Source of the DNA: Rhynchopus sp. YZ270_cl-10
Lineage: Eukaryota
Direction of reading: 5' to 3'
NCBI GenBank assembly: GCA_964035575.1
Contig: OZ037842.1
Location: 248,001 to 312,000 of the forward strand
Length of the DNA stretch: 64,000 nt
Both the position numbers and the translations under genes were made by a program. Under the pieces are notes generated by a model that did no database searches, had not been told where the DNA came from, and saw only the letters and a program-made list of their open reading frames with translations. Within the stretch, counting starts at the first letter, position 1. Each line of letters starts with the position of its first letter. Shown here one piece after another: positions 60,521 through 64,000 of this stretch.

Positions 60521-60782
60521 CCTACCCCCCCCCGTGTATATGTCCTGTGCATATGTCCGTGTTGGTCGAGGCTCGGACATATACACATGTTTTCGGACAT
60601 ATGCACATGCCGTAGTATACTACAGTGTACAGCGGCAAAAACCCATTCCGAGCTTTCGGCCCCGCACGTTTGGCGGGGCATCTCCCCTATATGTGTATAT
60701 GTCCGGAAAATTTTCAGAAAAGTGCCGGACATATACACATCAAAATGGGTCCGGACATATACACGGGGGGGGGGGGGGTAGG
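60521..60782. mobile_element. MITE nested in the 59205-61181 element
   Basis: TIR CCTA(C)nGTGTATATGTCC; TA TSD; GGACATATACAC subrepeats. Confidence 0.8.
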
Positions 60783-61329
60783 TAGTAAAAAAAAAAATCC
60801 AAAGGAAAAAAAGCGAAAACCTTCTTCAAAAGAAATCCAACTTAGAGACGCCACTGTGCTGCGACCCAAAGAGGAGGTTTTCTTAAGGAATTCCTTAAGA
60901 AACCTGCGTAGAAACGTTCCCAAAGGGGGTACCACAGCCAAAAATCACCTAACCATCCACAGAGGCATAAAAAAAATCGTGCGACCCCGGAATTGAACGT
61001 TTTCGTAACCGATCTTTCCAAATAAATAAAATTCGAAAAAAAAATTCATAAAATCCATGTGACCACGGTTTTGTACTAGACCCCCCCGTTGCCAAATTAC
61101 CAAACTTGTCCGCTCACCCCCCCGGAGACCCCCCCCTCCCCCCCCGGATGACATCCGTTGAAAGTAAAAAAGAGGCTTCCCAAAGTCGTAAATTAATTTA
61201 TTTTTCGGGGGAATACTAAGTTATTGAATTTATTTTCCCCGGCGGAGCCGAAATTTTTTTTTCGCCTGCACAAGTGACGACGGGTTTGTGCGGGTTCTGT
61301 TGGAGGGATATGTGGAAAAGGAGGTGTGT

Positions 61330-61834
61330 AATCAGTGATACACGGAAGTAAAAAACGGTGCGGTCGGTGGTGGCTGTGCGTATGCGCATGCCGTTCACCT
61401 GCATGGTCTATTTCGCCCACGAGATGAAGAGACCTGGCACCAGGAGTCGGTTACACCGAACCACCATCCCCCTCGCAAGCGACGCAAATCGGTTGGCTGT
61501 TGAACTTGCGGGTCATCCCCGTATGGTTGAGAAACCTCTTCAGCTCCTCGGGGTTCAAAAGAGCCTTGGGTGAAGTACGAACCGCTCTCTTGTGGGTTTT
61601 GTACTTGGAGATGGTGGGAGCAGAAATATAGCGTCCTGGGTGAGCGTCATTCCACCACGCCATCACATCAGCGTGCGGTCTATCATCAGTGCCTGCGTCC
61701 GCCGATGAACGGTGAGGTTGGCACTTTCAACTTCTCTGTCATCCGCCATGGCGTCGTCTGTGATGGTGACAATCTCCGGGGCGGTGAGGACAGCCTGCTC
61801 GACGATGGTCACATCTTCGCCATCTTTCTTTCAT
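61330..61834 (-). pseudogene. pogo/CENP-B-like transposase N-terminal HTH relic
   Basis: After removing the 47-bp insertion plus one TSD copy it reads VLTAPEIVTITDDAMADDRPHADVMAWWNDAHPGRYISAPTISKYK; frameshifts and stops elsewhere. Confidence 0.55.
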
Positions 61835-62514
61835 TTTTCCGTTCATTCCGTGGTGGAGACAGACACGATGGTCGGAGAGAAAGATGCAGATAGTCTGGTA
61901 GAGATTTAGAGTGGGATTTGGGTGGGCAAGCTGTAATTTATAAAATCTTAATTAGTGACGTTCTAATTTATAAAGTCGCTAATTAAATATTTTCAGATTT
62001 GGTCGAATTTATAAATTAGAAATTCACTAATTAGAGGCGGGACTGTAAGATGACCCTAAGCCTCTCGTGCATAGTCACCTGAAAGGGAAGAAGAAACAGC
62101 CCGATTGAGAAAATCTTGAAAGAAGAATATTTTCGAAGAGAAAAAAAAAAGGTGGATATTTTGTACAAAAAAAATTGGCTAGGAATACAAAACCCCCTTC
62201 ATGACTGTTGGTTGGTGACAATCGGGGTGGATCCGAACCATGCAGCCCCCTAAATCCATTTCGAGGTTGCATCTCAAAAGGGTGGCAAAATGCGACAACG
62301 AACAACTGTTCCCAATTGTATCAAAACACAAAAAAATAGAACGCAACACTTGCAAAATGTAGGTAACTACTTTTTGACTTCGAAACGTTCACAGAAGACA
62401 CTCTTCGCTCTCTTTCATCCCCCCTCCCCCCTGAGGGCCCCCTCCCCCTACCCCCAATTTGTTACAAAAGACCCCCTTGTGTAAACAAGAGATTTGTGAA
62501 AACACCCATCCGCT

Positions 62515-64000
62515 TTAATCTTCTTCTGCATGAAGGCGCAACGCAGTTGTAGACGCTGCGATGAGGGCGGCTTTAAACTCCTCTTGCTTGGACCCTGCAC
62601 ATTCCAGAACCTCTTCCGCACTCCGGCCCTGCAGATAGCTTGTCACTGCAAGGTTGTAGTGATGCCACTCACTGTCTGCACCGGTTCCGTTCCAGTTTTG
62701 ATCCCCTTTTTCTATTGTTTCATGCAGTAGCTCTGCTGCGAATACTGTACTTTTGGGTGTCAACTCTATGAGTCGGAGGACCATACGCATGCTGTGCTCG
62801 CACTCTGCTTCTGCAAAGGTCTCGAGGTTGCACAGTACAGGAATACGCAGCGCAAAGCCCGCCCTCTCCATTCCCACAACATGAACCGCAGCAAGGTCCC
62901 CTACGACATTGCAACGACGCATGGTATTGCACCCCATGACAGCGCGGCTCACCTCTCCAGAAGCGATGCCTGCATTGAGATAGTAGGAATCGAAGTCGGA
63001 GTGGCCCCAAAGGAATTCCTTCACAGCGCCCACTGCCATGCTGGCGTGCATCGTGCAGCGGTGGAACGCACCAAACGAACAGTGCACCTTATCACCGACG
63101 AACACATCAACGACACCACGGCGGGTCTCCACAGAGGCAATAATGTGTGACAGAATCGTTGCAAAGAAGTCAACAAAGCTGCCTTCGTCGAAGCATTTTG
63201 CCTTCAAATTGATGACCACCAGAGTCGCGCGCAGAGACTGAAATGTGAATACATCCTTCGGTTTTGGCAGACTCCCCTCTGTTGACATTGGAACTACAAT
63301 GATGCTGCCTGATTGCGTCGAATCGCTCTCATCCCCAATAGAGGAAGACAAACAGGCCCGTGGGATGAACGGCAAAAACATCGCCAAATTGCACTCCAAA
63401 CGTCGCAACGCACGCCGTACATCTGCCGGAAGCGTCTCTCTGTGTTCCTCGAGAACACCATGAATGCCGCCTAAGTCATATGAACCGAGAAGGTCTGCAA
63501 TTTGGTCAAGCGTCTGCGAGGTGCTCTGCACCGCACGCTCCTCCCTTTGCAGCCGCAGAAGAAGTGTTCTGGTGGTCAAAAAGTTTGTAACCAATACCCC
63601 CACTGCGACAAGCAGGTTCACCACCACGACATCTAAATCTTTTGCACAGGGCAAGGTCTCGCAGTGCACCAACGCTTCAATTACGGAGTAACGGTTTTCC
63701 TGCGACACCGAGAGAAGGGGCACATCAAATAGCCCAAACCGAGTCCACGACTCTACAGAAACAAACGCCACCCAGAGCACCGAGGTTGCGACAATAGCAA
63801 CAGCGACGGTGTCCTGGACACGAAGCAAAACCATGAGGTCTATCACCAAGACCAGAAGTGGCCAAGCTTCTTCGAGAAGCGCGTGTTTGTGCAGATCTGT
63901 GAGAATCGTGGCAATGAGAAGTCCGATGCCCGTAAGCATAGCAAGCCTGTTGGTGACCTGATACCCGCATGAAACCAAAATTGTGCAAACGGAACACACC
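62515..64000 (-). CDS. Multi-TM protein with degenerate class III nucleotide cyclase domain (5' end beyond window)
   Basis: TM helices plus coiled coil; VDVFVGDKVHCSFG, LNAGIASGEV...MG...NVVGD. Confidence 0.8.
   Translation of the reverse strand, partial: VCSVCTILVSCGYQVTNRLAMLTGIGLLIATILTDLHKHALLEEAWPLLVLVIDLMVLLRVQDTVAVAIVATSVLWVAFVSVESWTRFGLFDVPLLSVSQENRYSVIEALVHCETLPCAKDLDVVVVNLLVAVGVLVTNFLTTRTLLLRLQREERAVQSTSQTLDQIADLLGSYDLGGIHGVLEEHRETLPADVRRALRRLECNLAMFLPFIPRACLSSSIGDESDSTQSGSIIVVPMSTEGSLPKPKDVFTFQSLRATLVVINLKAKCFDEGSFVDFFATILSHIIASVETRRGVVDVFVGDKVHCSFGAFHRCTMHASMAVGAVKEFLWGHSDFDSYYLNAGIASGEVSRAVMGCNTMRRCNVVGDLAAVHVVGMERAGFALRIPVLCNLETFAEAECEHSMRMVLRLIELTPKSTVFAAELLHETIEKGDQNWNGTGADSEWHHYNLAVTSYLQGRSAEEVLECAGSKQEEFKAALIAASTTALRLHAEED

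Larger units (their letters stand above)
59205..61181. mobile_element. GGG...CCC TIR element nested in the pogo-like element
   Basis: Perfect 37-bp TIR GGGAAGCCTCTTTTTTACTTTCAACGGATGTCATCCG; 3-bp TSD AAA supported by the uninterrupted host repeat at about 61961-61985. Confidence 0.9.
59137..62045 (-). mobile_element. Deleted pogo/Tc1-like element
   Basis: TIR CAGTCCCGCCT(A/C)TAATTA; right TA TSD (left copy reads CA); carries an N-terminal HTH relic. Confidence 0.8.

Noticed and set aside
1..64000. Fanzor/TnpB, reverse transcriptase, Helitron Rep-Hel, rRNA or spliced-leader genes
   Set aside because: No recognisable motifs seen in the ORF track or by reading; highly decayed copies cannot be excluded without searches

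Overview
Eukaryotic (protist) genomic DNA, most consistent with a euglenozoan such as a diplonemid. This is an inference from about 15 host genes all on the minus strand, polypyrimidine/AG acceptors upstream of starts, few introns and a degenerate TM-cyclase. Host genes: a spliced listerin/LTN1 (4 GT-AG introns resolved, 3' end off-window), an ankyrin protein, a Ubl-WD40 protein, a UBA protein, a SUI1-like protein, RUS1/DUF647, two membrane-anchored CE4 polysaccharide deacetylases, an asparaginase-ankyrin (ASPG) and several orphan membrane proteins. Intergenic DNA and introns are packed with mobile DNA: an intact DD37E Tc1/mariner inside a MITE, piggyBac-, hAT-, P-, pogo- and CMC-like non-autonomous elements, and a multi-level nest holding a 138 x 7-bp satellite. 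The most unusual signal is a set of at least five families of ultra-short (about 43-115 nt) hairpin elements. They fold with G-U pairs on one strand, end in ACTT, lack poly(A), insert next to TCT in pyrimidine tracts, and three copies show 9-14 bp target-site duplications. They are candidate 'micro-retroposons'. All calls come from reading the sequence by eye; no database searches were run.
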